A DNA stretch of 23,392 nt from an uncultured virus (IMG/VR IMGVR_UViG_3300031673_000002) (IMGVR_UViG_3300031673_000002), one strand, 5' to 3'. Positions 8,421-14,784 are shown, counted from the stretch's first letter. Notes: a model not told the origin generated them from the sequence alone. Numbers and translations: made by a program.

Positions 8421-8525
8421 GGTTTGGGTGGAGGTTTGGAACACGATGCTCGATTCTTACCGAGCGGGATGGGTTTGGGTGGAGGTTTGGAACACGATGC
8501 TCGATTCTTACCGAGCGGGATGGGT
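8421..8525. repeat. exact tandem duplication of a 51-bp unit
   Basis: GGTTTGGGTGGAGGTTTGGAACACGATGCTCGATTCTTACCGAGCGGGATG at 8421-8471 and 8472-8522. Confidence 0.92.
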
Positions 8526-8611
8526 GGTGTAGTGGGAGGGACTCGAACCCCCAACCACATGGGCCTGCCGGGTTACAGCCGGTGACGTCTGCCAATCGAC
8601 GCTTCCACTAC
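8525..8611 (-). tRNA. trnY: tRNA-Tyr(GUA), atypical D arm
   Basis: Loop CT-GTA-AC, long variable arm, G1-C72, A73, CCA; A at position 8. Confidence 0.85.
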
Positions 8612-8640
8612 ATTGAGTGGCATCGTCTTGAGCTTCTAAC

Positions 8641-8714
8641 TGGCTGCGGGAGCAGGACTTGAACCTGCATGGCCGGTATCAAAAACCAGTATCCTACCAT
8701 TAGATGATCCCGCA
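8641..8714 (-). tRNA. trnQ: tRNA-Gln(UUG)
   Basis: Loop TT-TTG-AT, U1-A72, G73, CCA. Confidence 0.92.
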
Positions 8715-8744
8715 TCGAGGTGACGAAGCATCACGCGCGGGGTG

Positions 8745-8820
8745 TGGCAGGGGCATCGAGAGTCGAACTCGAAGCCTTCGGTTTTGGAGACCGGTGCTCT
8801 ACCAGTTGAGCTATACCCCT
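8745..8820 (-). tRNA. trnW: tRNA-Trp(CCA)
   Basis: Loop CT-CCA-AA, G73, CCA. Confidence 0.93.
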
Positions 8821-8937
8821 TCAGCCGCGCGGATGCTTGCGTTGGCCGAAGGGGCGCCAATAATGCTGCATAAACATCACGGCACCCTGCTTCGCAGCGG
8901 GACAAGTCGTCTTGGTGATGTTGGTTGCAGTCTTCAT
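8821..8937 (-). CDS. putative leader peptide MKTATNITKTTCPAAKQGAVMFMQHYWRPFGQRKHPRG (may start at ATG 8877)
   Basis: Stop abuts tRNA-Trp 5' end; MFMQHYW matches the amino acids of the downstream tRNA block; SD weak. Confidence 0.6.
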   Translation of the reverse strand: MKTATNITKTTCPAAKQGAVMFMQHYWRPFGQRKHPRG

Positions 8938-8997
8938 GGCGTGCTTCTTCTGGGTTTTGGTCGGGCACCCAGTTGGTGGTGCTCACGACTCCTGACG

Positions 8998-9027
8998 ATA
9001 GTATGCGAAGTCAGATTCAGAACGCAA
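8998..9027 (-). promoter_or_regulatory. putative sigma70-like promoter for the Trp-to-Met tRNA block
   Basis: TTGCGT-N18-TACTAT. Confidence 0.4.
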
Positions 9028-9048
9028 CTGGAAAATGCAGATCCGGGA

Positions 9049-9324
9049 TCACTTTTTCTGGGATCGGCGCTTCTCCAGGAACGCCATCGTCTCTTTCATC
9101 GTGTAGTGCCACTTCATCTTGACGTGGGCCATACCCATGGCGATACCCCAGGCGTTACGGAACCTGTAGTCCAGGCTGAGCGGGTCACCGGGCAGCATCT
9201 TCTTCCCCAGCATACCGCGCCAGTACCCCACCGCGTGCCATGGGACCAAGAGCAGGTAGCGTCGTCGCCACAAGCGTACAGGCCAGCGCTGGTTCTGGAA
9301 GCGGTTGTCTATTGGCGGAGTCAT
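9049..9324 (-). CDS. hypothetical basic protein (91 aa)
   Basis: GAGGT SD; ATGA overlap with upstream gene; 3' part of ORF 9049..9570. Confidence 0.65.
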   Translation of the reverse strand: MTPPIDNRFQNQRWPVRLWRRRYLLLVPWHAVGYWRGMLGKKMLPGDPLSLDYRFRNAWGIAMGMAHVKMKWHYTMKETMAFLEKRRSQKK

Positions 9325-9515
9325 GACACGCTTACCTCGTCGATGACCGAGAAGTAGCCCCGCAACTGCCAGGACTCTCGACCCGTTTTGTCCCTCTTGA
9401 CGAGGAAGATGTCGGTGCCGTGTTCGGTGCGTTGGTTGATGATCCGGCCTGTCAAGATCCACCCAAGGTACCGATGCGGGATTCCGACACGTCGGCCTAC
9501 GAGGTGGTGCTTCAC
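9321..9515 (-). CDS. hypothetical protein (64 aa)
   Basis: TAGTG coupling upstream and ATGA coupling downstream; AAGGA SD. Confidence 0.6.
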   Translation of the reverse strand: MKHHLVGRRVGIPHRYLGWILTGRIINQRTEHGTDIFLVKRDKTGRESWQLRGYFSVIDEVSVS

Positions 9516-9760
9516 TAAAGACCGTAGTCCTTAGCGTTGCACTCACAGATGGTGGTCTGCGGATGACCACAGTCGGAGCACCCGCCTACTTCCTTGTGTG
9601 GATCGAGTCCGAAGCGGACACACAGCAGCGTTGCTGAGGTGGACCCCAGGCCAAACAAGGTCGCCACATGCGACCAGAGCGGAGCGCGGTCAGTAGACCT
9701 CTGTCCAGCGTTTGCGACAGCGAAGGAAAGAAGGCTCTCGTCGTCACGGGTGTCGGCCAT
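9515..9760 (-). CDS. small phage-type protein with C-terminal Cys cluster (81 aa)
   Basis: AAGGT SD before ATG 9760; LWSHVATLFGLGSTSATLLCVRFGLDP then CxxC/CxC. Confidence 0.7.
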   Translation of the reverse strand: MADTRDDESLLSFAVANAGQRSTDRAPLWSHVATLFGLGSTSATLLCVRFGLDPHKEVGGCSDCGHPQTTICECNAKDYGL

Positions 9761-9774
9761 GACTGACCTTAAAG

Positions 9775-9804
9775 GAAAAGGCCCTGGTTGCCCAGGGCCT
9801 TTTC
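9775..9804 (-). terminator. intrinsic terminator after HNH gene (possibly bidirectional)
   Basis: GAAAAGGCCCTGG-GCAA-CCAGGGCCTTTTC followed by CTTT. Confidence 0.8.
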
Positions 9805-10404
9805 TCAGTCTTCCAGCTCGGTGTTCCAGTACGCAGCCGAAGCCGGATCGACGAAGGGCATCCACTCCTTGTAGGGCACCCTGCCCTTGCGAGGCAAGAC
9901 ACCGCTCCACTTGGGACGCACGGGCTCACGCAGGAGCTTCATGCGCGCCTCGCGGGGAGTACGTCCACCCTTCTTCAGGTTGCAGTCGATGCAGGAACAC
10001 ACGATGTTCTCCCACCGCGTCCTACCACCCTGCGTCTTAGGCACCACATGGTCGAGGTTGAGCTTCGACCGCGCGAACTCCTTTGCGCAGTACTGACAAG
10101 TGAAATCGTCACGGGCGTAGATGTTCTGACGACTGAACCGGATCTTGTTCCGGGGGATCTTGTCGAAGGTCTGGAGCACGAGGACACGGGGGATCTTCAA
10201 CACCGACTTCACGGTGCTGATGACGTCGTCGCCGTGGTCTGCCGCGAGAGCCGACCAGGAATCATAGTCGAAGGTCTGGTACTGGTCGTCGAGGGCGCGA
10301 GCGGCTCCGGAGTACAGTAGACCGAATGCACGCTCCACCCCCGTGACTGCTACCGGCTGGTAGCCACGGTTGAGGACAAGTACCTGTGCGTTCACGTTGG
10401 TCAT
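9805..10404 (-). CDS. HNH endonuclease (199 aa; VLVLN...P-type)
   Basis: VLVLNRGYQP N-terminus; FSRQNIYARDDFTCQYC, LNLDHVVP-x3-GG-x3-WENIVCSCIDCNLKKGGRTP; AAGGAG SD before ATG 10404. Confidence 0.93.
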   Translation of the reverse strand: MTNVNAQVLVLNRGYQPVAVTGVERAFGLLYSGAARALDDQYQTFDYDSWSALAADHGDDVISTVKSVLKIPRVLVLQTFDKIPRNKIRFSRQNIYARDDFTCQYCAKEFARSKLNLDHVVPKTQGGRTRWENIVCSCIDCNLKKGGRTPREARMKLLREPVRPKWSGVLPRKGRVPYKEWMPFVDPASAAYWNTELED

Positions 10405-10466
10405 AGCTGTACCCCTCTCCTTCAGGGTGTGAGACGACGGGTGTCGCCGGTTACTGACAGATGCGG

Positions 10467-10543
10467 TGGCGCTCCCAACATGACTCGAACATGTGGCCTT
10501 CAATTTAGGAAATTGACGCTCTATCCACCTGAGCTATAGGAGC
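10467..10543 (-). tRNA. trnR: tRNA-Arg(CCU)
   Basis: Loop TT-CCT-AA, A20, CCA. Confidence 0.92.
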
Positions 10544-10557
10544 ATGATGCATGATGA

Positions 10558-10634
10558 TGGTGCGCTCGGAAGGGCTTGAACCTTCGACCCCCAGCTTAGA
10601 AGGCCGGTGCTCTATCCAACTGAGCTACGAGCGC
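10558..10634 (-). tRNA. trnR: tRNA-Arg(UCU)
   Basis: Loop CT-TCT-AA, A20, CCA. Confidence 0.93.
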
Positions 10635-10828
10635 ATACCCTGACCGACAACGGTCAGAGGTCTTCGCTCGAAGCTCCTGTGGGGACAGACGCCGGGAGAC
10701 GCACACGGGTAGAGGACTTCCTGCTCCCCGTCGCCGCAAGGCTCGAACCGAGCACCAACTGGACCGCCGTCCCGCGCCCGACACACATGAGGTGCTTCCC
10801 AGATGTCTACGTTTTTCAGGTCACTCAT
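10625..10828 (-). CDS. putative leader ORF (67 aa) with AGG/CGA/AGA codons, ending inside tRNA-Arg(UCU)
   Basis: AAAGGA SD; stop is the tRNA U8-A9-G10; AGG at 10676-10678, AGA at 10661-10663. Confidence 0.45.
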   Translation of the reverse strand: MSDLKNVDIWEAPHVCRARDGGPVGARFEPCGDGEQEVLYPCASPGVCPHRSFERRPLTVVGQGMRS

Positions 10829-10840
10829 CACGGTCCTTTG

Positions 10841-10917
10841 TGGCGCGCACGGCAGGACTTGAACCTGCGGCCTCAACCTTCGGAAAGTCGCGCTCTATCC
10901 AACTGAGCTACGCACGC
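10841..10917 (-). tRNA. trnR: tRNA-Arg(CCG)
   Basis: Loop TT-CCG-AA, A20, CCA. Confidence 0.92.
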
Positions 10918-10966
10918 ATCATCGCTCCTTTCGAGGGCAGGAGCAACACCCTTTCTTGTCTATCTT

Positions 10967-11042
10967 TGGAGCAGGCGATGGGATTTGAACCCACGACATC
11001 CGACTTGGAAGGACGGCGCTCTACCAACTGAGCTACACCTGC
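10967..11042 (-). tRNA. trnG: tRNA-Gly(UCC)
   Basis: Loop CT-TCC-AA, U73, CCA. Confidence 0.93.
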
Positions 11043-11043
11043 A

Positions 11044-11118
11044 TGGTGCGTCTGGCCGGATTTGAACCGACGCGCATTCGGTTATGAGCCGACCGCTCTA
11101 CCGCTGAGCTACAGACGC
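11044..11118 (-). tRNA. tRNA-Met(CAU), non-initiator (Met or Ile2 unresolved)
   Basis: Loop CT-CAT-AA, G1-C72, A73, CCA. Confidence 0.9.
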
Positions 11119-11132
11119 TCTGACTTAGGATA

Positions 11133-11208
11133 TGGTGCGTCCAGCAGGATTTGAACCTGCGACCTATACCATGTCAAGGTAGCGCTCTACCAACTGAGCT
11201 ATGGACGC
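11133..11208 (-). tRNA. trnV: tRNA-Val(GAC)
   Basis: Loop TT-GAC-AT, CCA. Confidence 0.93.
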
Positions 11209-11213
11209 AAAGA

Positions 11214-11281
11214 GCGAGCAAGATGATGCCAGTGTGGGGTGTGTCAACCATTTGATAACCCACGTTCGGCGTTCGGCTCGC
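11214..11281 (-). ncRNA. short Y RNA-like (68 nt), no tRNA module
   Basis: GCGAGC-C-GA / CUUGCUCGC bulged-C stem; GUGGGUUAUC...CCCCAC inner stem. Confidence 0.75.
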
Positions 11282-11289
11282 GAACAAGC

Positions 11290-11427
11290 TGAGAGCAAGG
11301 AGTGCGGCGAGGGAGATTTTAACGTTGCTCTACCAACTGAGCTACGCCCCCAAAAGTGGGGACGACGGGACTCGAACCCGCGACCAACGGCTTGGAATGC
11401 AGATAACCCTCAGTGCTTCGGCTCTCA
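11290..11427 (-). ncRNA. yrlA: YrlA-type Y RNA (Ro60 stem plus permuted tRNA-like domain)
   Basis: GAGAGC-C-GA / CUUGCUCUC stem; T arm GCGGG-UUCGAGU-CCCGU, then closed acceptor-like stem, then D arm GCUC-AGUUGGUA-GAGC; no anticodon loop. Confidence 0.9.
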
Positions 11428-11447
11428 AACCTTTCAGAATCAAAGTG

Positions 11448-11524
11448 TGGTGCGTCCGGCAGGGGTCGAACCTGCGGCCTCTGGTTTCGTAGACCAGCGC
11501 TCTGTCCAACTGAGCTACGGGCGC
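11448..11524 (-). tRNA. trnR: tRNA-Arg(ACG)
   Basis: Loop CT-ACG-AA, A20, CCA. Confidence 0.93.
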
Positions 11525-11536
11525 ATGAAGAAAAGC

Positions 11537-11669
11537 GACGAGCAAGTAGGTGACCTGGATGTTTTACGCGCTCTACCGATTGAGCTATCCGGCATCTGGT
11601 TGCCGGAGAGGGACTCGAACCCCCAACCACGCGAGTATGATTCGATAATCCAGTATCTGTCGGCTCGTC
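11537..11669 (-). ncRNA. yrlA: YrlA-type Y RNA
   Basis: GACGAGC-C-GA / CUUGCUCGUC; T arm GGGGG-UUCGAGU-CCCUC, closed stem UCCGGCA/UGCCGGA, D arm GCUC-AAUCGGUA-GAGC. Confidence 0.9.
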
Positions 11670-11678
11670 AAAGAAATA

Positions 11679-11810
11679 GTGAGCAAGTAGTCGCGAAGGG
11701 GACGCTAAACTGGTGCGCTGCCGGACTGCGCCACACGGCATTACTGCCATGGCAGGATTTGAACCTGCGACCCCCAGTGACCTTTGGGTAACCCTAAGCT
11801 GTCGGCTCAC
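11679..11810 (-). ncRNA. yrlA: YrlA-type Y RNA
   Basis: GUGAGC-C-GA / CUUGCUCAC; T arm GCAGG-UUCAAAU-CCUGC, closed stem CAUGGCA/UGCCGUG, D arm GCGC-AGUCCGGCA-GCGC. Confidence 0.9.
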
Positions 11811-11836
11811 AAACCTCTGTGAAATCGTTAGAAGGT

Positions 11837-11873
11837 TAGGTGACGGGCTCCGACGAGCGAAGCCCGTCACCTA
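11837..11873 (-). other. 13-bp stem-loop after rsr stop (mRNA end protection or processing site; no U tract)
   Basis: TAGGTGACGGGCT (11837-11849) / AGCCCGTCACCTA (11861-11873). Confidence 0.6.
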
Positions 11874-11882
11874 TTCAGTCGG

Positions 11883-13595
11883 TCAGCCTCGCGCGAACGA
11901 GGCCATGACCTGGGGCGTGTCGGCAGAGAAGCCGACAACATCGAGCATCCCTGCATCGCTGGGATCAGCGATGCTGAATCCCGTCGAGGTCATGCCCATG
12001 ACGATGAGCTTCGCTGCCCGTCCCATCGTCTGCCGGTACTGGCGGAGTGCCTGCACCGGGTGAATGTTTCCTGCCCAGGTCTCGTTGTCGGTGATCACCA
12101 CGAAGGTGTCCACTTCCAGCTTCTTCTCGGTTGCGTACGTCATCGGAAGAGCGCAGTCGGTTCCGCCGAAGGGCAGACCGGACACCGAGCGGACAGCGTC
12201 CGTCAGTGACATGCGGTCGTGGAGCTTCAACTCGCTGACCCCTGCTCCAAAGCGCGGACCCCACTGTGAGCGGCCCGGGCCTCCCGTGAATCCGATGACG
12301 TGGTGTGCCGGCTCGACGTTCATGGTCACGAGGGCCATGGCAGCCGATGCTTCACGGGCAGACAAGGGCGAACCCAGGATCTGTGCTCCCATGGAGCCCG
12401 ACACGTCGAGTGCGAGCAGCCAGTTCTGGTTCGTGGGCTCGACTGCCTTGAACGCCAGGTAGAACGCCTTGTCCAGTGCGGACACAATGTTCCTGTCAGC
12501 CGTCCAGACCAGCTTGCCCTTGTGACCGTGACCCTGCTCATAGGTTCGGAGCGCCATCAAGATAGCCATCGGGTGGACCCGTGCCCTCGCCAACTCGTTC
12601 GCGTCGCACAGGCGTGCGGTCACGAACTTGGAAGCATCCGACAGGGGCTTGGTGAGCCCGATGCTCGACATCTTGCCGAGGTTCCGAATCATGGCCGTCA
12701 CGGGCATGCCCTTGCCAGCCATGAGCAGCGCCTCCCAGACCGCGAGGTCGTTGAGGTGCTCCGTCTTCACGCACTCACGGGGCAGACCGTACTCGACGAT
12801 CAGCTTGGCCGTGTCGCGCGCTGAGGTCGCCTCTCGTGCCTTCTCCACGCCCTCGACCAGCCGGGGCAGGTCGCGCTTGTAGAGCCGCTTGTAGGTCCCC
12901 TCAGACAGCACGGTGCCGTCCTTCGTCGTCCGGGTCACCTTGCGCTGAGCGAGCTTGCCGTCAGCGATGAGGTACCGGAACAAGGTCTCGTGACCCTTGG
13001 TCGCGGGCGCCGTGCCCTTCTTCGCACCCATGTGAGACTTGGCGAGCAAGTCCTTGTGGGTCCAGCCCTCGCGGGACTGGTACTTGAAGAGGTCGAGCGC
13101 CAGACGGTCGGGCGACTTCGCGTTGTAGTACGACGCCACGGCCTTCGCCGTGATGCGACCCCAGCCGCCGAGAGCCTGGCAGGCTTCCGCGAACTGGAAG
13201 ATGTGCGTACCGATACGGCAGACCTTGGGCACGGCGTCCTTAGCAGCCCGACGGGTGTCGAGGTCGCCCTGCTTCATGGCCAACGCCAACGCGAAGATGG
13301 CCGGGTCGTTCTTGGGCGCGAGGCCCTGCTCCGACACCTCGACGATGCGAGCCACGGCACGAGCACCATCGGCCTTGATGCAGCGGATCACGCACTCGGC
13401 GTTCTCGATGGTCAGCTTGCGCTCGGAAGCGTAGTACGTACCCGCCTCGGCACCGAGGATCAGGAAGCGGTCGAACCGCGTCCAGTCGTCAACGGCGAAC
13501 ACGAAACCACCAGCGTTGTTCTTGACCTGCGTCGAGCCGGGGATCTTCTCCCGCTGCGAGGTCTTCTTCGTGTTGAAGTGCTGTGCGTACGTCAT
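11883..13595 (-). CDS. rsr: Ro60 / TROVE-domain RNA-binding protein (Rsr)
   Basis: QVKNNAGGFVF, RFLILGAEAGTYY, KYQSREGWTHKDLL, AMIRNLGKMS, RVHP, vWA MIDAS DVSGSM, GGTDCALPM, TDNETW; AGAGGAG SD. Confidence 0.97.
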   Translation of the reverse strand: MTYAQHFNTKKTSQREKIPGSTQVKNNAGGFVFAVDDWTRFDRFLILGAEAGTYYASERKLTIENAECVIRCIKADGARAVARIVEVSEQGLAPKNDPAIFALALAMKQGDLDTRRAAKDAVPKVCRIGTHIFQFAEACQALGGWGRITAKAVASYYNAKSPDRLALDLFKYQSREGWTHKDLLAKSHMGAKKGTAPATKGHETLFRYLIADGKLAQRKVTRTTKDGTVLSEGTYKRLYKRDLPRLVEGVEKAREATSARDTAKLIVEYGLPRECVKTEHLNDLAVWEALLMAGKGMPVTAMIRNLGKMSSIGLTKPLSDASKFVTARLCDANELARARVHPMAILMALRTYEQGHGHKGKLVWTADRNIVSALDKAFYLAFKAVEPTNQNWLLALDVSGSMGAQILGSPLSAREASAAMALVTMNVEPAHHVIGFTGGPGRSQWGPRFGAGVSELKLHDRMSLTDAVRSVSGLPFGGTDCALPMTYATEKKLEVDTFVVITDNETWAGNIHPVQALRQYRQTMGRAAKLIVMGMTSTGFSIADPSDAGMLDVVGFSADTPQVMASFARG

Positions 13596-13643
13596 GGCAT
13601 TCTCCTCTGTAGGGCAATCATGGCCCTGTTTGTTAGAAAAGGC

Positions 13644-13707
13644 GAGAGCAAGTGAGGTGCTTCAGGGGGAAATCTTTACCTGGATAACCCTGGTGCGTTC
13701 GGCTCTC
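13644..13707 (-). ncRNA. short Y RNA-like (64 nt) immediately 5' of rsr
   Basis: GAGAGC-C-GA / CUUGCUCUC; CAGGGUUAUC...CCCUG inner stem. Confidence 0.78.
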
Positions 13708-13710
13708 AAA

Positions 13711-13806
13711 TGGTTGCGGGAGGAGGAATCGAACCTCCGTCGCTCGGGTTATGAGCCCAAGTTCAGTGCCCTAGCTTTCGATAGGGCTTCCAGCACCGTC
13801 CCCGCG
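13711..13806 (-). tRNA. initiator tRNA-fMet(CAU) with about 20-nt hairpin inserted in the D loop
   Basis: C1:A72 mismatch, GGG/CCC anticodon stem, loop CT-CAT-AA, normal T arm, CCA; 96 nt. Confidence 0.85.
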
Positions 13807-13807
13807 A

Positions 13808-13881
13808 TGGCTCAGGCAGAGGGATTTGAACCCCCGTCCCCGGGTTAACGGCCCGGTGCTACGCCTCTCAGCTATGCCTGA
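13808..13881 (-). tRNA. trnN: tRNA-Asn(GUU) with C33
   Basis: Loop CC-GTT-AA, U1-A72, G73, CCA. Confidence 0.9.
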
Positions 13882-13924
13882 TCAGTGCCTACTACGTCCT
13901 GATAGGTCTTCGAACTCCTGTGCA

Positions 13925-14001
13925 TGGTGCTCCCAGGGGGATTTGAACCCCCGTTGCCGCCGTGAGAGGGCGGTGTCCTTGGCCAGCTAGACGATAGGAG
14001 C
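13925..14001 (-). tRNA. trnE: tRNA-Glu(CUC)
   Basis: Loop CT-CTC-AC, CCA. Confidence 0.93.
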
Positions 14002-14004
14002 GTA

Positions 14005-14080
14005 TGGTGCTCTCGACGGGATTTGAACCCGTGTTGCCCGAGTGAAAACCGGGTCTCCTAGGCCACTAGAGGACGAGAGC
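14005..14080 (-). tRNA. trnE: tRNA-Glu(UUC)
   Basis: Loop TT-TTC-AC, CCA. Confidence 0.93.
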
Positions 14081-14126
14081 ATGTGCGTGGATTTCGCGTG
14101 CGTTCTTCTGCTTCTTCAGGTTCCAT
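14058..14126 (-). CDS. putative Glu-rich leader peptide MEPEEAEERTRNPRTCSRPLVA
   Basis: Strong AAGGAGG SD; five GAA in the first eight codons; runs into tRNA-Glu(UUC). Confidence 0.65.
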   Translation of the reverse strand: MEPEEAEERTRNPRTCSRPLVA

Positions 14127-14178
14127 CTCGTCCTCCTTCCTTTCCTTGTTGTTAAGGTAAAAGTTTTTACCTTAGCTG

Positions 14179-14254
14179 TGGTACCTGAAGCCGGGCTCGA
14201 ACCGACGACCTGCGGTATGTGACACCGCCGCTCTTCCAACTGAGCTATTCAGGC
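14179..14254 (-). tRNA. trnV: tRNA-Val(CAC)
   Basis: Loop GT-CAC-AT (G32), CCA. Confidence 0.9.
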
Positions 14255-14291
14255 AAGTGCTGCCTCGGACCTGTCCCCGAGGCGTGGACTG

Positions 14292-14366
14292 TGGAGCGGA
14301 TGAAGGGATTTGAACCCTCGACCTTCACGTTGGCAACGTAGTGCTCTACCACTGAGCTACATCCGC
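14292..14366 (-). tRNA. trnG: tRNA-Gly(GCC)
   Basis: Loop TT-GCC-AA, U73, CCA. Confidence 0.93.
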
Positions 14367-14371
14367 ATTTG

Positions 14372-14447
14372 TGGTCCGCCGGGGAAGGATCGAACTTCCG
14401 CATACGCCCTTATCAGGAGCGCCTCTTAACCACTTGAGTACCGGCGG
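14372..14447 (-). tRNA. trnI: tRNA-Ile(GAU)
   Basis: Loop CT-GAT-AA, A73, CCA. Confidence 0.9.
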
Positions 14448-14473
14448 TCGCCGGTAATGTCGCTGTCTTCCAT
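14426..14473 (-). CDS. putative leader peptide MEDSDITGDRRYSSG
   Basis: GAAGGTGA SD; stop in D loop of tRNA-Ile; ATT codon at base of a hairpin pairing with the tRNA 5' strand. Confidence 0.45.
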   Translation of the reverse strand: MEDSDITGDRRYSSG

Positions 14474-14498
14474 GTCGATCACCTTCTCTCTTTCCTGC

Positions 14499-14574
14499 TG
14501 GAGCCCGGAGCGGGAGTTGAACCCACGGCCTCCTGATTACGAAACAAGCGCTCTGCCGACTGAGCTATCCGGGC
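14499..14574 (-). tRNA. trnT: tRNA-Thr(CGU)
   Basis: Loop TT-CGT-AA, CCA. Confidence 0.9.
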
Positions 14575-14578
14575 GCAC

Positions 14579-14654
14579 TGGAGCCGCCAGCGGGGGTTGA
14601 ACCCGCGACCTCGTCCTTACCAAGGACGCACTCTTCCAACTGAGCTATGGCGGC
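14579..14654 (-). tRNA. trnT: tRNA-Thr(GGU)
   Basis: Loop TT-GGT-AA, CCA. Confidence 0.93.
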
Positions 14655-14660
14655 GTAGGG

Positions 14661-14737
14661 TGGTGGGTCGGGCGGGGCTCGAACCCGCGACCGATCGATT
14701 AAAAGTCGAATGCTGCTACCGCCTGAGCTACCGACCC
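14661..14737 (-). tRNA. trnK: tRNA-Lys(UUU)
   Basis: Loop CT-TTT-AA, CCA. Confidence 0.92.
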
Positions 14738-14784
14738 ACAGTCGTGGCGGTCTTGCGTTTGAGGCGGATCTCCGTGGTGCTCAT
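14728..14784 (-). CDS. putative Lys/Thr-rich leader peptide MSTTEIRLKRKTATTVGR
   Basis: Strong AGGAAGGAG SD; 5 Thr and 2 Lys in 18 codons; stop is U8-A9-G10 of tRNA-Lys(UUU). Confidence 0.62.
   Translation of the reverse strand: MSTTEIRLKRKTATTVGR

Noticed and set aside
619..8525. CRISPR interpretation of the 42-bp and 51-bp repeats
   Set aside because: Units are directly adjacent with no unique spacers, and no cas genes are present.
8636..8986. 116-aa ORF as the leader of the Trp block (also contains W, Q, H, C, Y)
   Set aside because: AGGAG is only 2 nt from the GTG and the ORF runs through two tRNAs; not excluded, but the MFMQHYW frame fits the hairpin geometry better.
11290..11810. Pseudo- or permuted tRNAs
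   Set aside because: No anticodon loop, closed acceptor stem and an enclosing Ro60 stem next to rsr fit YrlA Y RNAs.
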